From an uncultured Planctomycetaceae bacterium (GTDB lineage: Bacteria > Planctomycetota > Planctomycetia > Pirellulales > PALSA-1355): a stretch of DNA of 64,000 nt. The notes under the pieces are model-generated. The model worked only from the letters and a program-made list of their open reading frames with translations. It did not search any database and had not been told where the DNA came from. The stretch is from the NCBI GenBank assembly GCA_963785305.1, contig CAWAUV010000007.1, positions 832,001-896,000 of the forward strand, read 5' to 3'. Made by a program: the position numbers and the translations under genes. Below are positions 20,798 to 32,366 of this stretch, one piece after another. Position 1 is the first letter of the stretch. Every line of letters starts with the position of its first letter.

Positions 20798-22414
20798 TCA
20801 ATGTCGGCCGCGCGAGAAATTGAAGGCTTGCAGCACTTCGTCGACGATATGGGCGATCCCTTGGCGGCCACTCGCGCCGCCGCCGTCGCATCCTCCCCCG
20901 CCGCCCAAGCCCGAGCCGCCGCCGGTCGACGATCGCGCGACCGCCGTGACGATCGCCGTGCCGGTGAGACTATCTCCGGCATCGGTGGCGGTCAGCGTTT
21001 CCGAGCCGGCCGTGGTGAATGTGACCATGAAAGTCTCGGCCCCGGCGCCCGTGAAATGAAACAGGCCGAGGCTCACCGGCTTGGCCGTGATCGGGCCGGT
21101 GATCGTGACTCCGCTCGACGGACTGGCCGTGAGCGCCACGGTTCCGTCGTAGTTCGAGACCACATGACCGCTGGCGTCGAGCGCGAGCACCGTGACGGGA
21201 ACCGCCACCCCGACCGGAGCATCGACCGGCGCGATCACGAGCAGTTGCGTGGCCACGCTCGCGGCGTAGACATTCGTCGAGGCCGTGATCGTGTTGTTCG
21301 ACGCATCGGTCACGGTCACGGTTTGCACGCCGGCGGTCGCGAAGTTCACCATGAAGGTGTGCGATCCGTCGTCCTGGCGGAAGCCCTTGCCTGAAGTAAA
21401 CGCATAACTGCCCGGCAAGGTGGCCGCGGAGTCGCTGCTCGTGAATGTCACCGTGCCGGTGTAGCCGGTCACGGGCTGATTGTTCGCATTCAGCGCGGTC
21501 ACGGTGACGGGCGTCTCGCTGCCCGCCTGAACATTTTCGCCGATCGTGATGCCGAAGTGCGTGACTGCGGCCGCTTGGGTGGCGGTTAGGTTGGTCGACA
21601 CCGAAGCGGTGAGCGGCGTGGCGCCGTTGTCGGTGGCGGTGATGCTCGGCGTGAAGCCGGTGGCGGTCGACGCGGCGGAGAACGTGACCGAGAACGTGTG
21701 CTTGCCGGCGTCGGCGCTCGTGAACTGATAGGCCGCGGGGAGCATGGCGCCGGTGTCGTTCGAGGCGAGCGTCACCGTTCCGGTATAGCCGGGCACGAGA
21801 TGCCCGCTCGCGTCGAGCGCTTCGACCGTGACCGAGACCGGCGGCGCCCGGAGTTTCGGTCGAGGGCATGAGCACGACAAGCTGCGTGGCGGTTTGAGCC
21901 GCGTTGACCGCGGTGGTCGCGCTGCCGGTGATCGGCGACGCGCCGGAGGAGTCGGTCACCGTGACCGCCACATTGCCGGTGTTGGCGAAGTCGGCGGTAA
22001 AGGCTTCGGCGCCATTGGTGAAGGTGACGGTTGTCGGCAAGGTGGCGCCGGTGGCGTTGGTGGCCGACACGGTGGCCGTGCCGTCGTAGTTCTCGACGCG
22101 ATGATTCGCGGCGTCGAGCGCGATCACCTCGAAGCGGGCCAACGCGCCGACATTGGTCTCTTCGGGCGCCACGACTTCGAAATGCGTGACCACATCGGTC
22201 GCGCCGCCGCCCGAAATACCGCCACCGCCGCCGATCGCATGCGTGGGCACGACCGCCACGGCGCTCGAAGAGCGCCGCGGCATTCGAGCGATTCGATTTG
22301 AGAATTCAACCCGTGGCGATTCGCCGCCCTCGGGTTGAGCCGCGGCCGGCGCGCCTCGCGGCGCGCGCGAGATAACAATCCATCGACGCCGAACAGACGA
22401 TCCAGGGAAAACAT
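20798..22414 (-). CDS. Planctomycete-type secreted protein with four Ig-like repeats (frameshifts ~22270, ~21850)
   Basis: Arg-rich leader with IESLECR; four repeats of V(T/E)VxALDA..GYTGTVT. Confidence 0.75.
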
Positions 22415-22585
22415 GATTCCGCCCTCCGTTCCATGGAAAAACAGAAAACGCTTCGATTGAAGCGACAAGAATTGAGCAGTACTCAATTTAAGCGAACCAG
22501 CATGAGCGTCAATGCCGCTAGCGGCCTTCAACGGGCCGCTCGTGCTTTGTCACGGCTGCAATGATGGATTGGATTCGTTCCGTGC

Positions 22586-22667
22586 GCCATGCCCAGGGCC
22601 CTGCGTGGGCATGAGGACTTCGCGTGGCGCTTGAAAACATGCCCACTCAAGGCAGTGGGCATGGCAC
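22586..22667. repeat. REP-like doublet of palindromes
   Basis: GCCATGCCCA..TGGGCATG and inverted CATGCCCACT..AGTGGGCATGGCAC in an intergenic region. Confidence 0.6.
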
Positions 22668-22693
22668 GCGCGCAAACCGAATTATCCATCATT

Positions 22694-23856
22694 TCAGCCG
22701 TGAACGAGTACTAGCACTCCCGGCGAGGTTCGGCCATGACTTCGCTCGGCGGCGCGACTCGGGCCCGGCGCCAAGCGTCGAGTTCGCGTTTGGCTCGCAA
22801 TAGTTGGGCGCGGCGCCCGCGGGGAATGCCAAGCCCAGCCGCGGCTGGTCTCCACCCGATTGAGCCAATATCGCTTGCAGTCGAGATAATCGGCGCCTAG
22901 GTCGTAATGCGTGTCGCCGCGGGCAAAGCAGTCGGCGATCATTCGCGCCTGGAGCACACTGCCGGCCCCCGCGAGTTCCGGCTCGCGGCGATAGCCGGTG
23001 CGCAGTCCAAACACATAGCCGCGGTAGTGGTAGGCATAGTTAAAGGCCACCGCTCGTCCGCCGATCGAGAGCAGATTCACGTCGAGCGCGCCGCGCGGGC
23101 CGCGGCCAAGTGCGCATCGCGGAGAAAGGGCGCCACCTCGCCGTGGCTCAAGGTGTTGCCGCTCGCGGAGTCGCCCTGCCAACTTTGGGCGGCGATCTCC
23201 AGGCACTTGTCGAAAAGTTCCGACCGCGGGTCGCCATCGCCCGCGGCTTGGCTCCCGGGGCGATGGCGAAAATAGTCGATGGCGCCGAGCCGACCGAGGA
23301 TTTTCTCCGAGCGGCGGACATTGTTTCGCCAGCGGCTGGCGCGCCCGGCCCAGTAACTGGCCCACGAGCCCGTGAGATCGATCATGGCCACCCGTCGCTC
23401 GGGCGCGGCCACGGGCGCCAAGCCGCTGGCCGCCATCGCCCGCGGAGTGCGGTCGCGATCTTGGCTCGCGCGAGTCCAGTGGAGCTCGAGCACATCCCAA
23501 TCACGCCTCGAGCGCTTCAGGTGGCCGAGCGCGGCGAGCAGCGTGGCGGTGGGGTTGGGACCGATCGGGCCATGAAAAGTTCCCCAGTCGAGCAGCGGAT
23601 AGGTGAGCGTGCGCAGCCGACCGAGCCGAGTTCGTGGGCGATGAACCCAGAGTGGCAAAATGCCGATTGGCCCGTCGTCGTCATGGGCCACCAGCGCCCG
23701 CAACCGCCCGCGATGTCCGTAATGTCGCCAGAAGACTTCGAGCCAGTCGAGCGATTGGAAGAAGGTTGCCGCGGGCGTCGCGGCGAGGAGCTGGTCCCAG
23801 GCCGGTCGCAGGGAGGCCAGCGCGTCGATCTCGTTGATTTCTTCGATTAGCAGCAT
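22694..23856 (-). CDS. GNAT-family CelD/BcsL-like acetyltransferase (frameshift ~23095)
   Basis: WDQLL..TFFQSLDWL, IGILPL, GAGSVL..DLG..KRYW. Confidence 0.82.
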
Positions 23857-24145
23857 CGTGGAATCACTCGATCGAAACGCTCGTGGGCGGACGACGGCTC
23901 GGCGTCGCTCGAGACCGAACCGCCGCCAAAGCGCGCCACGCATCGGCGCCTTCTCAAAGATGCGTTATATTCTCGCCGGTTGAAGTGCCCGGCCGAAGAA
24001 ACGCCGACCTATTTCGCGCTCTTTGGGCGAGCGGTGCGCCACTAGGACCGGCACAACCGGTCCAGGGCAATCACGACCGCCCAGCCGACTCGCGAACGAT
24101 TCACCGCGCCCTGGTCTCGCGTGAGCGGCTCAATCGAGTGAATGA

Positions 24146-27100
24146 CTACAGCGGTTGATTTTCGGCCAAGAATTTTTCCAGCGCCGCGGATTCGATCGGC
24201 TTCACCATGTGGAAATCAAACCCCGCCTCCTTCGCCTTCTGCTTGTCGTCTTCCTGACCCCAGCCGGTGAGCGCGACCAGGGTCACGCCCTTGCCCCAAG
24301 TCTGCTCGCGCATTCGCCGGGCGGTGTCATAACCGTTCAGCCTTGGCATCCCGATGTCGAGCAATACCAAGTCGGGCAGGAACGTCGCCGCCGCCTCGAG
24401 CGCTTCCAGGCCGTCGTGCGCGGTCCGCGTCACATTGCCCATAATCCGTAGGATCATCGCCAAGCTCATTGCGGCATCGCGATTGTCGTCGACCACGAGA
24501 ATCCGTCGTCGACGCGTGGCCGACGCGCCGTTGCCGTCGCCGTCGCTCGACCGCTGCTCGGCAACGACCGCCGGGGCCACCGGCAATCGAACGATGAACT
24601 CGCTTCCCAGGCCCTGTCCGTCGCTCCGGGCCTCGACACTGCCGCCGTGCATCTCGACGAGCCACTTCACGAGCGATAGGCCAATGCCAAGCCCGCCTTG
24701 CGACTTCTCCAACGACCGATCCACCTGCGTGAACATGTCGAAGACCCGAGGGAGCATGGGGGCCGGAATGCCCACTCCGCTATCCCGAATCCTTATGAGC
24801 GCATTGCCTTCTCGACGCTCCATGGAAAGCCAAACACGACCGCCCCGCTCGGTATACTTGGCGGCGTTGTTGAGAATGTTGGCGAACACCTGGGAGAGGC
24901 GGGTCAGATCGGCGTCCACGAAGATCGGAGCCGACGGCACGGTGAGCGTAAGATCGTGGCCCGCCTGCTCGATGGCTGGGCGGCTGGTTTCCACGGCCTG
25001 TTGAATGGCTTTCGAGAGCTCGACCCGTTCCTTGCGGAGCTCGACTTTTCCCTGGGTAATGCGACTCAAATCGAGAAGATCATCGATTAACCGGACCATT
25101 TGACCGAGCTGCCGCTCCATCATGCCGCGAGCCTCTTCAACGGTCTCGGCGTTGCTTTTCGCCAGTCGCATCACTTGCAGCCCGTTGCGCAGCGGGGCCA
25201 GCGGATTGCGAAGTTCGTGGGCCAAGGTCGCCAAGAACTCGTCCTTGCGACGGTCGGCGTCTTTCAGGTCTTGCACGAGATGGGCGTTCTCGATGGCGAC
25301 GGAAGCCATCTGCGCCAATTGCACCAGGATCGCTTCGTCCTCCTCGGTGAAGTCTCCCTCGTATTTATCCGAAATTTGAATCAGGCCGAAGTTTTGCCCG
25401 CTTTGACCGACCAGCGGCGCCGCGAGCCAGCCCCGGAGCGGTGGGTGATGCGGAGCATGTATTCCGAACCATTTGTAGGCGGGATGCTGTTCCAACTCGG
25501 CTTGAGTAAGCCTCAGCGGCTTGTTCGCGCGGCAGACAAGCGAATAGATACCCGATCCATCCGGCCGCTCCTCGTAGTCTCGAAATTGCGCGTATTTCTC
25601 GGAGAGCGACACGGTGTTGATCGCCTGTCCCCAATTCTGGTCGGTCGTGAATCCGGCGACCGCCTGATGCGACCCGATAAGACCGCGAGCCTCCTCGATG
25701 ACGATCCGCGTGATCGAGGTCACCTCCGAGGAGGCGTTCAACTTCGTGGCGACTCTCGCCAACTGGCGAAGCTGCTCCGACTGCCTGTAGGTCGCGAGTT
25801 CCGCGCGTTTTTGCTCCGTGACATCAAAAAACACCGTGGCGATCTGTTTCGGCCCGGTCCGATAGGCGCTGACCTCGAACCACCGATCCAACGGCCCAAA
25901 TCTTGCCTGAAAATGGTCCGGAATGCCGGTCTTCGCGATCCCGCCGAAGCGCTCGAACCAAAGCTGCTCGGCGTCGGGAAATAGTTCGAGCGCCGTCCGT
26001 CCCAAGATGTCCGGCCGTTTCAAACCGGTGTGCCGTTCGAATGCCGGATTCACTTCGAGGTGTCGAAAGTCCCGGGCACGGCCTTCTTCATCGAAAATGA
26101 TCTCGATGATCGCGAATCCCTCGCTCATCGTATTGAAGAGCACCCGAAACCGCTCCTCGCTTTGCCGGATCGCTTGCTCCGACTCCCGCCGCATCCGGGA
26201 CATTTGTAAATGCGCCGTCACCCGAGCGAGCAATTCCCGCGCGCTGAAGGGCTTCACGATATAATCGTCGGCGCCGGCTTCCATGCCATCGACTCGGCTT
26301 TCCTCTCCCGCGCGGGCCGACAACAGAATGACGGGAATTTGACTTGTGCGGGGATCGCCGCGCAATTTTCGCAGCAGCCCAAATCCATCCAGCTTGGGCA
26401 TCATCACATCGGTCAGCACCAAGTCCGGCGGTTGCCCGCGCACGGCCGCGAATGCCGCTTCGCCGTCTGGCGCCGCTTCAATTCGATAATGCTCGGCAAG
26501 CAGACGAACGATGTACTGTCGCATGTCGGCGTTGTCGTCGGCCACGAGCACCCTGGGCCGGGTGTCGCTCTCCGCTTGCTCCGCGGGGCCACGCGCGATT
26601 GCCAATGCCTCGTGGTAAGTGGGAAGCTCCGGCGACCCCTCATCAGGGAGCCAACGCAACGCCTCCTCGACATAAGGACTCGCGCCGTCTCCCGTCGCGG
26701 CGGCGCCAGCGTTTTCCTCGATCTGTCCAGAAGGCAGATGGCCCGACCCCAACGGCAGCGAAATTTGGAATGTCGTTCCTTTTCCGACCACGCTCTCGGC
26801 GGTAATCGAGCCACCATGCAGCTTCACGAGCTCCTGAACCAGCGCCAACCCGATACCGCTGCCTTCGTGGGTACGGCCCCTTGCGTTTTCAATACGATGA
26901 AACCGCTCGAACAGTCGGGGCATCTCCTCGGCGGGCACGCCGGTTCCCGTGTCTCTCACCCGCAGTTCGGCGGTGGTTTGCGTTCGCCGCAGAGCGACCA
27001 CGATTTCGCCGTCGAATGTGAACTTAAACGCGTTGGACAACAGATTAAGGACGATTTTCTCCCACATTTCCCGGTCGATGAACACCGGCTCCCCCAACGG

Positions 27101-28492
27101 CTCGCAATCGACCGTCAGTCGTATGCCAGCTCGTTCACAGGCCGAGCGGAACATGCTGGCCAGTTCCGTGGTGAATGCGGCCAGATCGGTCGATTGAAAA
27201 ACGGCTCGTACCCTGCCGGCCTCGATCCGTGAGAAGTCCAAGAGCGTGTTGACGAGCCGCAGGAGTCGGAGTCCATTTCGCTTTACGACATCCAGACCCT
27301 CTCTATCGGCGGCCGAGAGTTCGGCGCGACCGTGCGCCAGCATGTCTTCGACCGGACCAAGCATCAAAGTCAGTGGAGTGCGGAACTCATGGCTGACGTT
27401 CGAAAAGAAAGCGGTCTTCGCCCGGTCGAGTTCGGCCAATACTTCGGCTCGTTGGCGCTCCTGTTCATAAGCCGCGGCGTTGGCGATGGCGATGGCGATA
27501 TGACCAGCCATGAGCTCCAAGTAGCCCCGATAGCTGTCGCTGAAAATCAACCGAGGACTCAGGCCGGCCACGACGAACCCGAAAACTTCGACTCGGCCCG
27601 ACTTCAACAGCGGCAGCACGATGGCCGATCGCGCCGGTTCCGACCATTTTCCGCATGGCAAGGCGCCGAATCGCGCCGATAAATCATTCACGATCACGGG
27701 CCGGCCCGTCATCGCGACTTCCGCCAATGGCCAAGGGAGGATCGAGCTTTCCGAAGCGCTAGAATCGATCTCGAACGGCGCCTCCGGCGAGCCCGGAACA
27801 AGCCCCGTCGCTCCGGTCAATCTGGCCTTCTGGGCCGTTTCATCGAGCAAGTAGATCAGCACGAAAGGAAGATCGATCGAACTATCGGCAAGCGTCTTGA
27901 CGGCGCTTTCGCAAGCATCTTCCACCGACTTCGCTTGATCCGCGGTGCGAGCCGCGAGTTCACGCAGGCTTCTCAGCCGCCGTTCACCGATCGTCCGTTC
28001 GGTGTCTTCGGTCACCACGCACAACATGCCGCCGACGCTGCCATGCTCATCGGGAATGGGGCTGTAGGAGAAGGTGTGATACGTTTCCTCGGGAAACCCA
28101 TTGCGCTCGAGAAAAAGAAGCAGGCCCTCGTCCCAGGTCGCCTGCCCGGTGCGCACGACCGACTCGGCGCGCGGACCGATGTCGTGCCAGATTTCGGACC
28201 AGACATCCCTCACGGAACGCCCGAGCGCCCAAGGGTGCCTGGGACCGAGCGTCATGCGCGCGTAAGCGTCGTTGTAAAAGAACGTTAACTCCGGCCCCCA
28301 GCCAAGCCACATGGCGTATCGAGAGCCGAGCATGATACTCACGGCAATCTTGAGACTTTGGGGCCAGCCCTCGATCGGTCCCAGCGAGTTCCTCGACCAA
28401 TCGAAATCTCGGGTGCGCTGCACCATCTCGCCGCCGCCAGCGAGAAACGCAAATGGCTCGGGGTTGGTTTGCTGTCGAAGCCGCTCGTTCAT
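24146..28492 (-). CDS. Hybrid histidine kinase with two HK-REC modules (PAS/GAF-HK-REC-PAS-GAF-HK-REC)
   Basis: FSNVSHEFRTPL and LATLAHELRNPL H-boxes; two HATPase G-boxes; two receiver domains (LTDVMMP, LLDIGMP). Confidence 0.93.
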   Translation of the reverse strand: MNERLRQQTNPEPFAFLAGGGEMVQRTRDFDWSRNSLGPIEGWPQSLKIAVSIMLGSRYAMWLGWGPELTFFYNDAYARMTLGPRHPWALGRSVRDVWSEIWHDIGPRAESVVRTGQATWDEGLLLFLERNGFPEETYHTFSYSPIPDEHGSVGGMLCVVTEDTERTIGERRLRSLRELAARTADQAKSVEDACESAVKTLADSSIDLPFVLIYLLDETAQKARLTGATGLVPGSPEAPFEIDSSASESSILPWPLAEVAMTGRPVIVNDLSARFGALPCGKWSEPARSAIVLPLLKSGRVEVFGFVVAGLSPRLIFSDSYRGYLELMAGHIAIAIANAAAYEQERQRAEVLAELDRAKTAFFSNVSHEFRTPLTLMLGPVEDMLAHGRAELSAADREGLDVVKRNGLRLLRLVNTLLDFSRIEAGRVRAVFQSTDLAAFTTELASMFRSACERAGIRLTVDCEPLGEPVFIDREMWEKIVLNLLSNAFKFTFDGEIVVALRRTQTTAELRVRDTGTGVPAEEMPRLFERFHRIENARGRTHEGSGIGLALVQELVKLHGGSITAESVVGKGTTFQISLPLGSGHLPSGQIEENAGAAATGDGASPYVEEALRWLPDEGSPELPTYHEALAIARGPAEQAESDTRPRVLVADDNADMRQYIVRLLAEHYRIEAAPDGEAAFAAVRGQPPDLVLTDVMMPKLDGFGLLRKLRGDPRTSQIPVILLSARAGEESRVDGMEAGADDYIVKPFSARELLARVTAHLQMSRMRRESEQAIRQSEERFRVLFNTMSEGFAIIEIIFDEEGRARDFRHLEVNPAFERHTGLKRPDILGRTALELFPDAEQLWFERFGGIAKTGIPDHFQARFGPLDRWFEVSAYRTGPKQIATVFFDVTEQKRAELATYRQSEQLRQLARVATKLNASSEVTSITRIVIEEARGLIGSHQAVAGFTTDQNWGQAINTVSLSEKYAQFRDYEERPDGSGIYSLVCRANKPLRLTQAELEQHPAYKWFGIHAPHHPPLRGWLAAPLVGQSGQNFGLIQISDKYEGDFTEEDEAILVQLAQMASVAIENAHLVQDLKDADRRKDEFLATLAHELRNPLAPLRNGLQVMRLAKSNAETVEEARGMMERQLGQMVRLIDDLLDLSRITQGKVELRKERVELSKAIQQAVETSRPAIEQAGHDLTLTVPSAPIFVDADLTRLSQVFANILNNAAKYTERGGRVWLSMERREGNALIRIRDSGVGIPAPMLPRVFDMFTQVDRSLEKSQGGLGIGLSLVKWLVEMHGGSVEARSDGQGLGSEFIVRLPVAPAVVAEQRSSDGDGNGASATRRRRILVVDDNRDAAMSLAMILRIMGNVTRTAHDGLEALEAAATFLPDLVLLDIGMPRLNGYDTARRMREQTWGKGVTLVALTGWGQEDDKQKAKEAGFDFHMVKPIESAALEKFLAENQPL

Positions 28493-28938
28493 CCTCGTCG
28501 CCCATCGGAGTTTTGTGGTAACCGCGCTTCTCAAACCGACCTGAACGAACAGGACTCGACTGTCTCGGTTGAAGGGGCCATTTTATCGCGGAGGAAAGCA
28601 ACGAGCAAAAACGTGGCATTTCGCGAGAGCCTGCCTCGGCTTCGCCCGACGGGTTCCGATCCTCACGGACCTTTCGAGCCATCTATCACGAAAATGCCGA
28701 AAAGGCATCACCGCCGGGTTGCTCTTGAAATAGCGAAAATACCGAATTGCTGAATTCTGCCGATTATGCGGGCCGATAAGGCATCTCAGGGGCTGGCGGC
28801 CCGCACGCCGGCGAGCCCTCCGGACACGGTTCGAAGCGAGCTCGTGGCCGCGACCAAACAACGACTCGGGGGGATGGTCTGGCGGCCTGTACGGCCCCAA
28901 TTCCCCGATAGCGCCAGGCCAAGTGCAAAGGACCAATC

Positions 28939-29538
28939 ATGAAGAATTTCTTGTTCGCCACATTCGCGGCGATGGTGTTGAGCAGTAGCGTCGGCTGTTG
29001 CTGCGGCAGTAGCATGTTTCAGCCGTGGGGCTGTTCCAATGGCTGCGGCGGCTGCAATAGCTGCGGTGGCGGATGTGGTAGCGGCGGCGGATGGGGCAGT
29101 TGGGGCGGCTGGGGCGGCGGCGGTTGCAGTTCGTGTGGCTCCGGTGGATGCAGCTCTTGCGGCTCCGGCGGATGCAGCTCTGGCGGCTCGGGCGGATGCA
29201 GCTCGTGTGGATGCTCCGCCTCGAACGATTGCGGCTACAGCTCGCGCTTCGGCTACAGTGGCGGCTGCTCGGCGGCCCAGGGCGCGGCGCGCTATTCGAA
29301 CGGCGCTCCGCCCAATGGCGGCGGCGGCTTTGGCGCTCCCTGGCTGAGCAACGCCGGCTGCTCGAACTGCAATCATTGCAATCATCAGCCGCATGGCCCC
29401 GGCTTTGGCCTCGCTGCGCCCTGCTGCCGCAAGCAAGGCCCGCAAGGTCCGCCGATGACCGCCATGCAGTATCCGTATTATGCGAATCGCGGCCCGCGAG
29501 ATTTCTTGGCGAAGAACCCGCCCAGCATTGGCCCGTGA
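28939..29538 (+). CDS. Secreted/lipoprotein-like Cys/Gly-rich protein
   Basis: Hydrophobic signal ending SSSVGC, GGCSSCGS repeats, ordered C-terminus YPYYANRGPRDFLAKNPPSIGP; AAAGGA upstream. Confidence 0.75.
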   Translation: MKNFLFATFAAMVLSSSVGCCCGSSMFQPWGCSNGCGGCNSCGGGCGSGGGWGSWGGWGGGGCSSCGSGGCSSCGSGGCSSGGSGGCSSCGCSASNDCGYSSRFGYSGGCSAAQGAARYSNGAPPNGGGGFGAPWLSNAGCSNCNHCNHQPHGPGFGLAAPCCRKQGPQGPPMTAMQYPYYANRGPRDFLAKNPPSIGP

Positions 29539-29662
29539 TTCGTGCCAGGCAAGCCACGATCGACCGGTCCGATGGCCGAAGATCGTGAGCACGATGAAAC
29601 GAAAACGCACGGCAGCCGCTCCGCCCGGAATCACCCGGGCGCGTAGCGGCTGTCGTCGTTTA

Positions 29663-29740
29663 ATACCCTATCCGACTTCTCCCCCTCTCTCATTGGGAGA
29701 GGGTCGGGTGAGCGCTCGCGGAAGTTCTCGGATAGGCTCT
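29663..29740 (-). repeat. MITE-like repeat, copy 2
   Basis: Reverse complement aligns with 15466-15541; flanked by TA on both sides. Confidence 0.7.
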
Positions 29741-30528
29741 TAATAAACCCGACCTAGCGCGCCATTCGGCGGCGGCGCGCTCGATATCGGCTCGCAGCTC
29801 GGCGAGCTCGCGTTCCAAGCGCACGGTCGCGGCGATCGCCGACTGTTCGGCCGCGGAAGGCGCCGAGGGAGCGGCCGAATCTCGTGGACGAACTTCGGAC
29901 TCGTGCCCGTCGAAAACGTTTCCGTCGAAGGCCCCGCTTGCCGCATTATCGCGGGCCGAGGAATCTCGCGGTGTTTGTTCGACTTGGCCGGTCCCAGTGA
30001 ACGAAGGAGACCGCGCTCGCCGCGCGCAAACGACGCGAACTCCGCGGCGCCGATCGGACGCCCCACGCGATCGGGGGCGGGACCCGCCGCGAACCCGCTC
30101 GGCGCCATGGCCGCGTTTTCACTTGCCGCGTGCTCACGCGATGCGCGACCTTCGAGCCCGACCGCCGATCGCAAGTCGGGCCGCGTCGGCAATTCCGGAG
30201 CGAGCGAGTTAGAGTCGCCGACAGGCGAGACGGAGCGCGGCGATTCGACCAGCGCGGCGGATTCGCGCGGCGGCGCTCCGAAGGGGAACGCCAGAGCTGG
30301 CGCATTCCGCAATCGGTTGTCCGGCGCTTGGCCGGACATCGCATCGGACTCGTCGACAAAGTCGGATTCATTCGCGGGCTCGACATCCTGTCCGCCCTCG
30401 AACAGTTCGGCCAAACGCCAGCGGCGCTGCTCGCGCAAAAAATTCGAATCGGCCGCGCGGCTGTCGGGCAGCTCGAAGCGCGAGCTCTCGGCGGCGGTCG
30501 GATCGTCATTCGGCTCGTCGGGCTGCAT
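29740..30528 (-). CDS. Hypothetical low-complexity protein
   Basis: 262-aa ORF on the same strand as the upstream cluster; no recognisable motif. Confidence 0.35.
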   Translation of the reverse strand: MQPDEPNDDPTAAESSRFELPDSRAADSNFLREQRRWRLAELFEGGQDVEPANESDFVDESDAMSGQAPDNRLRNAPALAFPFGAPPRESAALVESPRSVSPVGDSNSLAPELPTRPDLRSAVGLEGRASREHAASENAAMAPSGFAAGPAPDRVGRPIGAAEFASFARGERGLLRSLGPAKSNKHREIPRPAIMRQAGPSTETFSTGTSPKFVHEIRPLPRRLPRPNSRRSPRPCAWNASSPSCEPISSAPPPNGALGRVY

Positions 30529-30735
30529 ACTCTTGGCGCCTGGGATTCGAGGAAAGCGGCCGAAGTTTGATCGCCGCGAGCCGTTTCCACGAAACCGGGG
30601 CGCTTTGCGGCGGTCGGCCGAAATCTACTCGAAGCGGGCGTTCGTTGGCGAGAGCCAGAACCGAGCCAGTCGGAAAAAGGATGCGCGAAGTGAAGCCCCG
30701 GCGGGCATGCCATGATGGCATTTTTCGACAGGCTG

Positions 30736-32260
30736 CTACGGCTTCGCCAGGCGAAACAGCGTGTAGTACGCCGTGTCGTGCAAGAGCGGCAAGCCGATGG
30801 CCGAGCGCACTCCCTGGGAATGCAGTTCATGCACATGACCACGCGCCAAGCCATTGATCACCAGCCGCGCCGAGCGGCCATCGGTCGAGACTTCCACCCG
30901 CTCGATCGTGGGCGTGGTCGTGTCGACCTCGGGGCTGCCGTAGCTCGACTGATAGATATAGGTGTAGGTCGACACGGTGTACGACTTCGGATCGCGGGCG
31001 GTCGCGGGATCGACTGGCTCGGTAAAGGTCAATTCGAAGCCATCGGGCTTCACGCGCATCGCCGCGATCTCGAAGGGTGTCTTGCCCGACCATGCGAGCC
31101 GTTCGAGCGAAAACTCCTTGCCGCCGCGCGCCCCAGCCGCGGCTCGTGCCTTGGACAAACATCATGCCGTTGGGGGCTTGCAAGAGGGCGAGACAGCCGG
31201 AGCTGAATCCGGAGCGAAAAGGCACGCAGGCGCCTTGATAGTCGCCATCGACTTTTTCCAGCATCACGCGCGAGATAAAGCTTTGGCTCTGGTCGCCGAC
31301 GAACAGTTGCTTTTCGAAGACGCCGAACTTGCCGCCGCTGGTGTCGCAGGCGATGCCGCTCGATGAATTGCCCATCTTGGGATAGGGAAAATACACCGCC
31401 GGCGGCAGGAGCGCTGGAATCTTGTCGGCCTCGTCCACTAGGCGACCGCCGCTCTTGGGCTCGACCGGCTCGGGACCCATGCCGGGCGCCTGATCGTACC
31501 AACGGTTGCCGGCCGGATGGCCGACGAACCGGCCCGGCGCCAGATGCTGGAGCTTGCAGGCGCCGTTCCAGGGGCCTTGGTTGTCGGTGTAGAACATGTC
31601 GCCCTCGGCGTTCATGCCCAAGCCGCCCGGCGAGCGCAGGCCGCTGGTGGTGGGAATCGCCTTGCCATCGGGAGTGATGCGCAGGGCCCAGCCACGATAC
31701 TTGTTCTGGCTGGAGAACGAGCCGGTCAGGCAGAGCACGACCCAGAGATTGCCATCGCGATCGAACTTCGAGCCGAAGGCGTATTCATGATAGTCCCCGT
31801 TGATGCCCCAGTCGTCGCAAAAAGTCTCGAAGCGATCGGCTCGGCCGTCACCGTCTTCGTCTTTCACCCGGCTGACTTCGCCGCGCTGCACCACATAGAG
31901 CCAGCCATCTCGCTGGGCGAGGCCGAGCACTTCGTGCAGGCCGCTGGCAAAGCGAGTGAACTTGATCTGGGACGAGTCGTCGCTCGTCGGGTTGGATACC
32001 ATCCAAATCTCGCCGCGGCGGCTGGCCACCGCGAGCCGGCCATCGGGCATCCACTCCAAGGCGCCGCTCTCGAGCACCACGCCCTCGGGAATCGGCAGGG
32101 CGAACATCGGGTAGTAGTCGGCTTCGGTCGGCTTGGCGGGCGAAGCCGATTTATCTTCGGCCCAAGCCGGCGCATTGCCCAGCGACGCGAGGACCGCCGC
32201 GGCCAAGAAAGCCGCGAACCGAAACTCGCGACGCGGCGAAACCGAGCGAGCAAGCGACAT
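30736..32260 (-). CDS. Secreted beta-propeller protein (sorbosone dehydrogenase-like, PVC type), frameshift ~31135
   Basis: Signal peptide; [41 protein letters not shown]. Confidence 0.8.
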
Positions 32261-32366
32261 GGTGAGTGTTTCCGACATTGGGTTTTGCTTTCAATCGAAT
32301 TTTCAAAGGCCGGCCCCAGGCGCCCGATTCCGTGGAAAGGTCCGGGCGATCTGGTGGCGCGAGTGG

